DNA of 64,000 nucleotides from a virus: positions 1 through 64,000 of the IMG/VR virus record IMGVR_UViG_3300035661_000038. One strand, given 5' to 3'. Shown here piece by piece: positions 8,984 to 18,034 of the stretch (its first letter is position 1; every line of letters begins with the position of its first letter). The notes under the pieces are model-generated. The model saw only the letters and a list, made by a program, of their open reading frames with translations, had not been told where the DNA came from and did not search any database. The translations under genes were made by a program, and so were the position numbers.

Positions 8984-9421
8984 CTACTTCGGAGCGTCGA
9001 GTCGCTCCAGGATGGTCGCAAGTGTGCTCTCCACGTTGCGCATCTGCCGTTCCCACTCCGCGCGGGGCACCTGCTGACGCTTGATCTCTTCGAGGTCGCG
9101 CGTGATGCCATCGTGGGCCTGGCGAAGCAGCGCAATCTCCCCCTGCTGCTTGACGGCGAGCTTCTCGGCCTCGTTGATGCGCTTCTCTGCCTCGCGGAGC
9201 TCGCCTTGAAGGCGCTCGCGCTCCTTGCGTGCGTCGGCCTCGACGGTATCGACGCGCGCCTTGGTCGCGTTGTAGCTGTCCTTGGATGCCTGGGCCTCGG
9301 AGATGATCTTCCCCTCGACCACCTCGCGCTCACGCTTGAGCGTGTAGCGGAGGATCGCCGCGTAGCCGCCGACGATCACCAACCCAACGGAAGTCACCAC
9401 GGACAAGTCGATGGCTGCCAT
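8984..9421 (-). CDS. N-terminal TM + coiled-coil protein (lysis-associated?)
   Basis: One TM segment followed by a charged heptad region. Confidence 0.65.
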   Translation of the reverse strand: MAAIDLSVVTSVGLVIVGGYAAILRYTLKREREVVEGKIISEAQASKDSYNATKARVDTVEADARKERERLQGELREAEKRINEAEKLAVKQQGEIALLRQAHDGITRDLEEIKRQQVPRAEWERQMRNVESTLATILERLDAPK

Positions 9422-9470
9422 CGGCTCTACTGGCTATCAGATGAGCCGACGCGCGCGGCATTTTGATCGC

Positions 9471-9705
9471 GTGACCCGACGAATTCGCTTCGTTTTTCGC
9501 GCTCGTACTTTCCGCGTGCGTCACGGATGCGGTCGACGAGACGCCACGCTCGAGCATCGCCACCCCAAACCACCTTGCCGACGCGTGCACGGGCGGCCAA
9601 TGGCACCTCTACGGTGGCGGATCGGTGCTCGATTGCACCGATCCGCGCGAGCTCGTCTGCATCACCGACGTGTCGCCGCGCTACTGCGCGGCGAACGCCG
9701 ACTAG
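9471..9705 (+). pseudogene. Frameshifted Cys-rich lipoprotein gene (77 aa if T5 becomes T4)
   Basis: MTRRIRFVF/ALVLSAC lipobox; downstream frame has coding-like GC3 and ends at TAG 9703-9705. Confidence 0.6.
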
Positions 9706-11363
9706 AGCCGATAGCCGGCCACGTACACCGTCGGCGCGCTGTTGCCCGAGGTGCCAGCGGTCCCCTGCACGTAGGCGCAGTGCCACGTGTGTGGCACCCA
9801 CGGCGCCGTCGCACCAGGCACGCTCGGTGGCAGCGCCAGGGCGCCCGCGTGGGAGAATAGACGCATCACCGCGTCCGCCGCGTAAACGAACGAGAGCGTG
9901 TTCTGCGGGTCGGTGATCGAGTACATCGACCCCAACGTCGCCGTCGCAGCCGACTCGTTGAACACTTGGAACATACCCGAGATCGGGCTGTCGACCGCGC
10001 CGCCCGTCCCCCAGTGCGCCGTGGCGTGCAGCCGCACTGCCGTCGCGCCCACTGGCACGTGCACGTCCTCGATCAGATCGAACGTCCATCGGTCGTACCC
10101 GAAGGACGTCGTGTGCGTGCCCGCGAGGCCAGCGATCGGCGTCGTCCCGTACCACGCCGTCGAGTACCACCCGTCCGCTCCGACCGCGGTGGGGAAGATG
10201 CCTCCGTTGCCGGCCATGTACACAGTGCACGGCGCCGTGAACACACGGAATGCGGTAGTCGTGGTTGCGGAGTTGAACCCGAGGTTGGTCGGGAACGCAA
10301 TCGCCTCTACCGGCTCACCGGTGTCGGCGAGGGGGGCCTGCTGCGAGGCGATGACCACCCCGCGCATCGACCCTGGCACGCGCGGGGTCGCGGTGTAGCG
10401 TGCCCAGCGCGGCAGCCCAAAGGGGAATGCCAGATAGAGGTGCCACCAGCCCGCGACCATCCCCGTGATGAAATTCGGGACGGCGTAGTCGTTCGTCGAA
10501 AGGTTATACCCGCCTGCCGGCGCGGTGCCGCCGATGTGGCGGCCGTTGTAGATGCCCTCGACGACGCCATTGAAGAACTTGCGGTTGCCGGAGACGCTGG
10601 CATCGCCCTCGTACTGGTAGCCCGCGTAAGCGGACGCGTGCGTGATCTTGTTCTGCCGTCGCACGTCGCCTGTGAACGCGTAGTCGGAGAACAACGGACG
10701 TACGTCGTAGCAAACCACGTCGTCGTAGGTCGCAGCGCCGACGGGCACGATCGCCACCATCAGCGGGCACCACCCGAGCGCCAACCCCGGCCACCCGCCA
10801 CCCGATGCACCACGGCGCACGCGGTACTGGAGCCGCACCGCCGCCACCTTGTCGACCGTCGCTGCGGTGAACGCGCCCGTGACGGGGTTGTAGATATCGC
10901 GACTCGCGGTCTCGATGACCGTCTCGCCAGTGCCGGTGCCAGCGCCGTCCTCGCCGACCAGCGCGCACTCCACGATGTCGATGCGGATGCCACCGGCGGG
11001 GTTCGCTACCCACGGCAACACCGCTGTGTCAGTGACGCCGGGATCGTCAACGAGCTTGGCCTGGGAGTCGTCCGCGCTCGCATCGGCGTCGGGGCGCTGG
11101 ACGATGACGACGCCGGGATCGATGGTGAGCGTCTGAGCGCCGATTGCCGGCTTCACGAGCAGCCCCCCGAGCACCGTCGCGACCAGCGGCCCACCCACGC
11201 CTGAGGGCAGCGTTTCGTTGCCCGAGATCGAGGTCTGTGTCAGCAGCCAGATTCGCAGGAAATCCGCGAGCCCCGCGCTCGCGAATGCCTGGATCCGGTT
11301 GATGTCCGTCGAAACCGCACGCTCGCGCGTGTTGATCTGCAACCGCTTGGGTCCACTCGCCAT
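9702..11363 (-). CDS. Tail fibre / receptor-binding protein
   Basis: Last gene of the baseplate module; RIDIVEC anchor-type N-terminus, beta-rich C-terminus. Confidence 0.65.
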   Translation of the reverse strand: MASGPKRLQINTRERAVSTDINRIQAFASAGLADFLRIWLLTQTSISGNETLPSGVGGPLVATVLGGLLVKPAIGAQTLTIDPGVVIVQRPDADASADDSQAKLVDDPGVTDTAVLPWVANPAGGIRIDIVECALVGEDGAGTGTGETVIETASRDIYNPVTGAFTAATVDKVAAVRLQYRVRRGASGGGWPGLALGWCPLMVAIVPVGAATYDDVVCYDVRPLFSDYAFTGDVRRQNKITHASAYAGYQYEGDASVSGNRKFFNGVVEGIYNGRHIGGTAPAGGYNLSTNDYAVPNFITGMVAGWWHLYLAFPFGLPRWARYTATPRVPGSMRGVVIASQQAPLADTGEPVEAIAFPTNLGFNSATTTTAFRVFTAPCTVYMAGNGGIFPTAVGADGWYSTAWYGTTPIAGLAGTHTTSFGYDRWTFDLIEDVHVPVGATAVRLHATAHWGTGGAVDSPISGMFQVFNESAATATLGSMYSITDPQNTLSFVYAADAVMRLFSHAGALALPPSVPGATAPWVPHTWHCAYVQGTAGTSGNSAPTVYVAGYRL

Positions 11364-11421
11364 GCGGGCGAGGCTACAGCGCTCGCGGTCACCGCGTCAC
11401 GGGCTGCGCCGGGCGTGTCAA

Positions 11422-11553
11422 CTCGTCGTGCTTGAACGGAACGGCCGTATCGCAGGGTTGGCCGCGTGGGTGGAACGATTCGAGGTCACGACGTTTCGGA
11501 TCTACGCGCGCCTCTCGCGCGGATGGAGCGTCGAGCAGACGATCACGACGCCC
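11422..11553 (+). pseudogene. Remnant of an HNH homing-endonuclease C-terminal DNA-binding domain
   Basis: LERNGRIAGLAAWVERFEVTTFRIYARLSRGWSVEQTITTP; nuclease domain absent. Confidence 0.6.
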
Positions 11554-11559
11554 GTATGG

Positions 11560-13260
11560 TCACGGACCACACCCGATCGATTCCACGTAGAGGTCATACC
11601 CGACGCCCGCCGCCTTGGCCGCAGCGATCGCATTCCACACCGCGCGGTACGTCGAGCTCGCGCCCGGCGCATCGCCGTCGAAGAACGTGTGCAGCGTCGG
11701 CGGCGCGTCGTACGGGTTCAGCGACGTGAAGGCATCGCCGATCGCGCCGTCGTAGAAGAACCCGTTTTCCCCGAGCTGAAGAAACGGCACGCCCACCAGA
11801 AAGAACGCGCGCATCTCGACTGAATCGAGCCAGAGCTTGAAGCGGTCGCTCGGGCGCGCTGCGAAATCCATGTCGTACGCGAACATCCGCGACGGATCGC
11901 CCGAGAACGGGTCGGGGCCGTGGGTGGAGTCGCCCGTCGCCGAGCCGCCCGCGTCGTAGAAGAGGCCGGGGAAGTAAGCGGTGTCGCCGACCTCGCGCAG
12001 GCACGCCGCCGAACCGGTCGTGGAGAGGACGCGGTTGGCCGCGCGACGGATGGCGTTAGGCGAGACGGTATCGACGATCTGAGCGACGCGCTTAGCGTAC
12101 GCATCGTCACTCTCGCCCGTCGCGCGTGAGATCCCGCGCTCAGCGCCGATCTGATCGAGGAACCCAAGCCGCCCCCCCTCGGGGCTCGCCGCGTTGGTGA
12201 CTACGATCCCCATGTCCGTCGCCCAGTCGAGTACGCGCCACGTCGCCGTCTCGATCTCCGGCGTCGGCATCGTCGTCTTCGTCAATATCGTCACGGTCGT
12301 CGACGCGCCTGAGATCGTTCCGTTGAGGTGTCCTCCGACCGACGCAGGCACGCCATCCAAGAGCACGTAACCGACGCGCACCCCTGAGCCGCCCGCGCGC
12401 GCGGCGACGATGCGCCCGCGGCCGATGACGGTGGACGTCGCATCGAGCACTGCAACCTCCTCGCCCACTACGAACGGACCACCCACGATCGCCGCCGCCT
12501 CGAAGCATTGCATCAGCTCCAGCGTCAGCCGCCCGCCCACCGACACCGCCGGCTCGGGACCCGTATAACCGATGGCACGTGCGCGCAGCCCCGCGTTCGC
12601 CCCGTGGTCGAGCACGATGTACTGGCCGACGTGCTCCGGTATCACCACGTCGGGCGAATCCGCCACGACCAGCGTCGCGGTCGTGTCCCCGACAACGCTG
12701 GTAACCGCGATGGTCGCGTGCTCGTTGTTCAGCCCGCTACCGGGCTGATCGATGAGCGTGATCGTGTTCGCGAGCGGGTTGTTGTAGCCGTACCCGACGC
12801 GCTCTGCCGCCGCCGTCACCACAAACGGCCCAGCCTCACCTGGAAGAAAGATGTGGTCGGCGAGCAACGTGAAGCGTCGTCCGGTCGCGACTCGCACGGT
12901 GCCAATGTCACTCCATTCGTACGCCTGCTCTTCGAACCAAACGAGCCCTGCGCCGATGACGACAGGTTCGTGCGTGTCGCCGGTACGCGTGAGCGTGAGC
13001 GTGACGGTCGCCTTGCTCGCACCGAGCGCGGGGCTCGACGTCTGCCCGCTCCACGGGCGTACGTAGAGCGCCTGCGTAGTCGTCTCGATAGCCTGCGAGA
13101 CACGCGCGCCTGCTTCAGCGAGCTGGCCGTAGACCTCCAGCCCGTTACCGTCGCCAGCGGCGAAGAACGCGTCGCCGTACGCGGGGTCGACTGCGGAGCG
13201 CCAGATCGTCAGCAAGTCGTCGCGAGTGAGGGGACCGCTCTGCGCGGCGGAATCGGTCAC
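11560..13260 (-). CDS. Baseplate wedge / tail protein
   Basis: Follows baseplate J; LDQIGAERGISRATGESDDAY motif of gpI-like wedge proteins. Confidence 0.65.
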   Translation of the reverse strand: MTDSAAQSGPLTRDDLLTIWRSAVDPAYGDAFFAAGDGNGLEVYGQLAEAGARVSQAIETTTQALYVRPWSGQTSSPALGASKATVTLTLTRTGDTHEPVVIGAGLVWFEEQAYEWSDIGTVRVATGRRFTLLADHIFLPGEAGPFVVTAAAERVGYGYNNPLANTITLIDQPGSGLNNEHATIAVTSVVGDTTATLVVADSPDVVIPEHVGQYIVLDHGANAGLRARAIGYTGPEPAVSVGGRLTLELMQCFEAAAIVGGPFVVGEEVAVLDATSTVIGRGRIVAARAGGSGVRVGYVLLDGVPASVGGHLNGTISGASTTVTILTKTTMPTPEIETATWRVLDWATDMGIVVTNAASPEGGRLGFLDQIGAERGISRATGESDDAYAKRVAQIVDTVSPNAIRRAANRVLSTTGSAACLREVGDTAYFPGLFYDAGGSATGDSTHGPDPFSGDPSRMFAYDMDFAARPSDRFKLWLDSVEMRAFFLVGVPFLQLGENGFFYDGAIGDAFTSLNPYDAPPTLHTFFDGDAPGASSTYRAVWNAIAAAKAAGVGYDLYVESIGCGP

Positions 13261-14366
13261 GCAGCCTCCGTGACGTTCGCGATCGTCGTGCGCAGCGTCA
13301 TGCCCGGATCCGGATACACATCACCCGCGGGAGCGACGATCGAACCCGAATTCACGATCAACCCGTTCTGCTTGAAGCGTACGAGCACTGCCGCGAGCTC
13401 GCCGACCAACAACGGCGCCGATACTGGTAGCGAATTCACGTACTCGATCACCGCGGTAATGACCTGCTGGGTGAGCGTCACCGTGTCGACACCGCTCTGG
13501 AAGGCCAGCTTGAGCACGATCGAGACGATGCTCGGCATCGACGGCCACACGATCACGCGGATGCCCGCGGCGCGGTAGTCCGCGAGCGCTGCAATCACCG
13601 TCCGCGTCATCGCCGCGCTCGCGACGCCCGATGAGTCGGCGATGTAGAGGTTGACGATGCGCGCGGGGCTCGCGGTGCCTTCGATCGCTTCGACGGCGGT
13701 AGCGCTGACGATGCCCGGGACGGTGAGCGCGCCGAATTCGATCGCGCCGAGCGTCCCACGACGGACGCTGAGCCAGAAGTTGCGCATTCGGTTGCGGAAC
13801 GTCTCGTCGTCCTCGCGGTCTTCGCCGTGTGCGGTGGGATCGTCGTTGGTGAGCTGGAGCGTCGTATCGAAGACCGCGTTGGAGGGCGCAAACTTGCGGA
13901 TCTGGTTGCGACCAACTTGGGGCGCCTTGCCCGCCTGCACCGCGCGCACGTCCGCTGTCGCCGTCAGGTCAAGCGCGCCGAAGTGAGCGGCGGTCGTGGT
14001 GATGTACTCGGCGCCGTTCAGCGCCACGAGCTTGGTTCCGATCGGAATGGTGCCGTTGCCGGCCGCGGTCGACACGCGCCAGAACCGCACCGTCCCCACC
14101 GCCGGCGTCGCGCCCTTGCGCGCCTCGCCATAGCGATCGAACACCAGCCGGTCGAGGTCATCTCCCTCTGCCGAATCGAGGAACAGCCGCGCCGTCGCGT
14201 ACGCGAGGTGGCGGACGATGTGCGCGAGCATCACCGCGCCCGAACCGACGAACAGGTTCGCGTCGGAGCCGCGCTTGTCGACCTCGTTGGGGTCGATGAG
14301 CTGCGCGCGCGTGAGCATGTACGCGCGGCCGATACCGTAGAGGTCGAGCCTTGTAGGGAAGTCCAC
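13257..14366 (-). CDS. Baseplate J-like protein
   Basis: AEGDDLDRL, GEDREDDETFRNR, RRGTLGAIE..ALTVPGI. Confidence 0.88.
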   Translation of the reverse strand: MDFPTRLDLYGIGRAYMLTRAQLIDPNEVDKRGSDANLFVGSGAVMLAHIVRHLAYATARLFLDSAEGDDLDRLVFDRYGEARKGATPAVGTVRFWRVSTAAGNGTIPIGTKLVALNGAEYITTTAAHFGALDLTATADVRAVQAGKAPQVGRNQIRKFAPSNAVFDTTLQLTNDDPTAHGEDREDDETFRNRMRNFWLSVRRGTLGAIEFGALTVPGIVSATAVEAIEGTASPARIVNLYIADSSGVASAAMTRTVIAALADYRAAGIRVIVWPSMPSIVSIVLKLAFQSGVDTVTLTQQVITAVIEYVNSLPVSAPLLVGELAAVLVRFKQNGLIVNSGSIVAPAGDVYPDPGMTLRTTIANVTEAA

Positions 14367-14419
14367 TTGTCTTTTCCTCTATTCTCGCGCGACGGATGGT
14401 TGCCCGCGAGGCTACGGCG

Positions 14420-15328
14420 TCACGCAGCCATCGGGAACGCAGCCGGCACGTTGAGCGCCTGACCCGTGGTCATTCGCACGAGGATCGTGAAGCGCACGAG
14501 GTTGTTCGCCGCATCGATCGTCGCGCTGACGCGCACCTTGGCCACGTCCGGCTCCTGCGCGATCTGCTTCTCGGCCTCGGAGACGAGATGCTGCACGGTC
14601 ATCGCCGTCGCGAGCTTCTTGAGCCGCTGGGGGATGCCGACGCCGTACGACGGCCCAAGGTGAGCGAAGCTCCCCGGCCGCGTCACCAAGCGGCGGAAGA
14701 TGCGCTTCTTCAACCCCACCGCTCCCTCATCGTAGGCATAGTCGCCGCGGCCGTTGGTCCGGTAGGTGCCCGTCGGCAAAGCGATCGCGTTCGAGCTCGA
14801 CGTGATGAGACCAGCATTGTCGTTGGTCGTGGCGAGCGGCGGATAGGCGAAGTCCCGCGAGCGTCGCGGTGAGTCGAGCGACGGCTGCGCGATCCCCATG
14901 TGCACGCCGACGAACGGCAACGTCACCGGGTCGACTGCGGTGCGCGTCGCGTTCCACACGCCATTGCTCGTCACCGTGTACTGCGCCGGGTGCGGCGACA
15001 TCGGCCGGTCGAGCGCCAGATCGATGCATGCGCCGTACAACGCGCCCACGTCGCTCAGCGGCGAGAGCACCGCAGAAATCACGCTCACCGCACGCGCCGG
15101 CGCGCCGTCGAGTCCTTTCGTCGAGGGGTCGACGGTGACCGCGTACTTCTCGATCATTGCGGCGTCCTGCGGGTCGCCGATGCCCGAGAAATAGACGAGA
15201 TCCGAGTACGTCAGGCGCAGCCGGTTCTCAGCAACTGGCACGACCGACACGAGCGCGAACGTGAGGCCGCTTGCGGCTCCCGCACCGAAACTCGCCGATC
15301 CGAACCCGCTACCTCCGAAGCCGCTCAT
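14420..15328 (-). CDS. Baseplate gpW/gp25-like protein with N-terminal beta domain
   Basis: RRLVTRPGSFAHLGPSYGVG..QEPDV C-terminal domain. Confidence 0.7.
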   Translation of the reverse strand: MSGFGGSGFGSASFGAGAASGLTFALVSVVPVAENRLRLTYSDLVYFSGIGDPQDAAMIEKYAVTVDPSTKGLDGAPARAVSVISAVLSPLSDVGALYGACIDLALDRPMSPHPAQYTVTSNGVWNATRTAVDPVTLPFVGVHMGIAQPSLDSPRRSRDFAYPPLATTNDNAGLITSSSNAIALPTGTYRTNGRGDYAYDEGAVGLKKRIFRRLVTRPGSFAHLGPSYGVGIPQRLKKLATAMTVQHLVSEAEKQIAQEPDVAKVRVSATIDAANNLVRFTILVRMTTGQALNVPAAFPMAA

Positions 15329-15337
15329 CCCGATCTC

Positions 15338-16657
15338 CTAGAGCTTCCCAATGGCGGCCATCGTTGCCTGGATGCCCGTGAGTCCGAGGTACGTGCGCAT
15401 GATGCGCACGTCCGCGATGCACCCGCGGAAGGGCGACATCGCGTCGATGGCGTTGAAGAAGCAGAATTCGTCGAAGGGGTTGGTGGGACCGCCGCCCGCA
15501 TTGATGCTCCGCACGAAGGGGCAGCCGTTCACCGACAGCTCGCACGAGCCACTGCCGTTCGACGCGAACCGAATCGCAATGCGCGGCGTGTTCGGAATCG
15601 CGATTTTGACACTCGTACGCGAGGCGCCCACGTACAACTCCGCGCCGATCGTGAACCCAGAGATGTAAATGCGAACGCCCTGGGTGGCGCCCGTGCCGTT
15701 CATTTCGAAGATCGTCTGCGTGCCCGCCGACGAATCGTCGAACCCGTCGCACTGCACCGTGATGTCGACCGTCATACCACCAGTCGGATCCCAGTTGACC
15801 TCGGTCGCATGGATACGATGCGCGGTCGGGGGCGAGCTGTAGATGTCGGGCGCGAACCGCACTGCCGGCGTACCGCGTCCGTACAGCGTCGTGTCCTGGT
15901 AGATGAATGCCTCAGAGAACGTCGCAGTGAGCGGGTTGGCACCGCCGACGATCGAATTGGCGAAGATGCCCCCGCTCTCGTTGAACTTGTACCAGTGCGT
16001 GCAGGAGGCAGCGCATGCCGCGTACGCGCCGGTCATAACGACGGTCGCCGGCAGATCGTTCGCGGTGATCGCGCGCATAACGCCGTCGCCGTCGTAGAAG
16101 TGCGTCGCGATGCCGTCGATGATCACACCCCCGCGCGTATCGGGCGTCGGCTTGGGAAGCGCGGCTGCGGGTACGAGACCCAGCGTGCCGTCGCCGAGTG
16201 CGACCTGGTCCGCGGTGCCAATACCCTGGATCGCCATCATCAGGATCTTGGCGATCCGCTTCCACCCCTTCGTCGGTTCGTCGACCGGGCGGAAGTTGCC
16301 GAGCGTCGTGACCCCATTGTTGTCGATGGTGTCGCCCCGAGCGTCGTACCCGGGCACGACGTTGCCGAACGCGTCCGGCACCCCGAAGCCGAGCTGCGCC
16401 AGCCGCACTCCGTCCACCGACCAGAGCGACACCATGTAGAGGCCCGCGACGTCAGGCGTGAACGACGCCGAGACCCCCGCTTCGCCCAGGTTGCCCTCGG
16501 GGAGCGCCGAGCCGTAGGGCACGTCGTCGAGCTTGTATTGCCCAAACGCGGTGTCGGAGTTGGACACCGTGACGGCGTTGTCGATTACCCCGTCGACAGG
16601 GCTCGTGTTCGTCGCGTACGTGCCGTGCGGAGCCTGCGTGAATGTGAGGGTCGTCAT
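15338..16657 (-). CDS. Virion protein with C-terminal LamG/concanavalin-like domain
   Basis: HWYKFNES..LSVNG..FRGCIADVRIM. Confidence 0.6.
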   Translation of the reverse strand: MTTLTFTQAPHGTYATNTSPVDGVIDNAVTVSNSDTAFGQYKLDDVPYGSALPEGNLGEAGVSASFTPDVAGLYMVSLWSVDGVRLAQLGFGVPDAFGNVVPGYDARGDTIDNNGVTTLGNFRPVDEPTKGWKRIAKILMMAIQGIGTADQVALGDGTLGLVPAAALPKPTPDTRGGVIIDGIATHFYDGDGVMRAITANDLPATVVMTGAYAACAASCTHWYKFNESGGIFANSIVGGANPLTATFSEAFIYQDTTLYGRGTPAVRFAPDIYSSPPTAHRIHATEVNWDPTGGMTVDITVQCDGFDDSSAGTQTIFEMNGTGATQGVRIYISGFTIGAELYVGASRTSVKIAIPNTPRIAIRFASNGSGSCELSVNGCPFVRSINAGGGPTNPFDEFCFFNAIDAMSPFRGCIADVRIMRTYLGLTGIQATMAAIGKL

Positions 16658-16691
16658 CGCCCTTGGAGGCTACGCGGCGCACCCCACGCAG

Positions 16692-17015
16692 TCACGACCC
16701 GGGCGACAGGTCGTCGTAGTCGTTGTCCGGGTCGTGGGGTGTCGTCGACGAGCGCCCGCCGCCCCACGGCTTCGTCGACACCGAAATCGGGTTGTTCGTG
16801 GAGCAGTTGAACGCGATCGCCGGGATCGGAATCGGAAGGAAGGGAAGGAGCTGCCCGACACTGGGGAGCCGCGGCACGAGCCCTGGGAACGTCTGGAGCG
16901 GGAGCTTGAAGCCACAGAGCTGCGCCGCGGGCACCGGCGACGGCTGGAACGAGCTCGCCGCCGCGGCGGCGTCCTGGACCGCGGGGGGCGGTGCGTCGGG
17001 GGGAGGAGCGGCCAC
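16692..17015 (-). CDS. Small Pro-rich protein (baseplate region)
   Basis: 107 aa, directly after the spike gene. Confidence 0.55.
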   Translation of the reverse strand: MAAPPPDAPPPAVQDAAAAASSFQPSPVPAAQLCGFKLPLQTFPGLVPRLPSVGQLLPFLPIPIPAIAFNCSTNNPISVSTKPWGGGRSSTTPHDPDNDYDDLSPGS

Positions 17016-17025
17016 GGTGCGAATG

Positions 17026-18024
17026 TTACCCGAGTTGAAGACCCGGCACGGCGGCGCCGACGCCCGATGGCGGTGCGGCCATCGCCGCGCGCAGTGCCAC
17101 CGCGAGCCCCGGGATCGTGTCGTACGAGGCCGTCGCCGCGACGCCCACCGCTGTTGCTACGGGCACCCCTGTTGAAACGCCACTGGTGAGCGCAGCAGTG
17201 ATGGCAGGACCAACAAGGCTACCGCCGCCGGGCACAGCACCGGTGGCGGTGATGGTGGGCGCGAGCCACTTCAAGATCGCGACCACGATGGACCAGACCT
17301 GTTCGACGGTGACGCCGTGACCGATCGGCTGCGCACCCGACGTCGAGATCGTGAGCATCCCCGGCGAGAAGAACAGCGCGTCGCCGCCGTCGGCGAGCTG
17401 GAGCTTGGCGCTGCCCGCTTCGAGGTGGAGGCGCTTGTCGGCGACGTGGATCTCCACGAAGCAATCGGCGTCGCCGTTGCGGAACCCAAGCACGTCGGCG
17501 CCGAGTTGGAGCAGCGCCTTGTCCGCGTTGGCGAGGGTAAATGCGCCCGCCTCCGAAATCGCGAGGAACGCCTTCGTCGGTGCCGAATAGAGTAAATAGC
17601 TCGACCCCGCCTCGAAAATGTACGGCGCGCGCGTGCGCTTGAACGCGAAGTTGTTCTGCGTGACGTCGTTGCCTGCCACCATCGTCGGGAAGCGATCGAC
17701 CTTGTTCGCGAGCCGATGAGTGATGACCGGGATCGCGCGTTCGTCACCATCGGGAATGGCGACGAGAACCTCTTCGCCAGCGACGAACGGGTGCCATTCA
17801 CCCTCGCCATCACCGCCCGTCGCCATGCCGACGCGACACGGCACGATATGCCCCGAGGCGAGCAGCTTCACGAGCACCAGCGGTCCGGGGTTGTCTGGGT
17901 CGGCGAGGTCGACGGAGCGCTGGCCCTCCTGGTCGGGCATCACCTGTCCGTACGTCCCCCATTGCCGCGAGTCAGTGCCCGGGCCTGCGACGAGCTCGCG
18001 GATCGCAACGGCGTCGACATGCAT
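17026..18024 (-). CDS. Baseplate spike (gpV/gp5 OB-fold)
   Basis: GDGEGEWHPFVAGEEVLVAIPDGD. Confidence 0.8.
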   Translation of the reverse strand: MHVDAVAIRELVAGPGTDSRQWGTYGQVMPDQEGQRSVDLADPDNPGPLVLVKLLASGHIVPCRVGMATGGDGEGEWHPFVAGEEVLVAIPDGDERAIPVITHRLANKVDRFPTMVAGNDVTQNNFAFKRTRAPYIFEAGSSYLLYSAPTKAFLAISEAGAFTLANADKALLQLGADVLGFRNGDADCFVEIHVADKRLHLEAGSAKLQLADGGDALFFSPGMLTISTSGAQPIGHGVTVEQVWSIVVAILKWLAPTITATGAVPGGGSLVGPAITAALTSGVSTGVPVATAVGVAATASYDTIPGLAVALRAAMAAPPSGVGAAVPGLQLG

Positions 18025-18034
18025 GTGCGCGAGC

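Noticed and set aside
14900-16810. Long + strand Arg-rich ORFs (this one, 36949..38634, 47045..48835, 58870..60651, 60366..62270 and others)
   Set aside because: Typical stop-poor shadow frames of high-GC coding DNA that overlap motif-bearing - strand genes.
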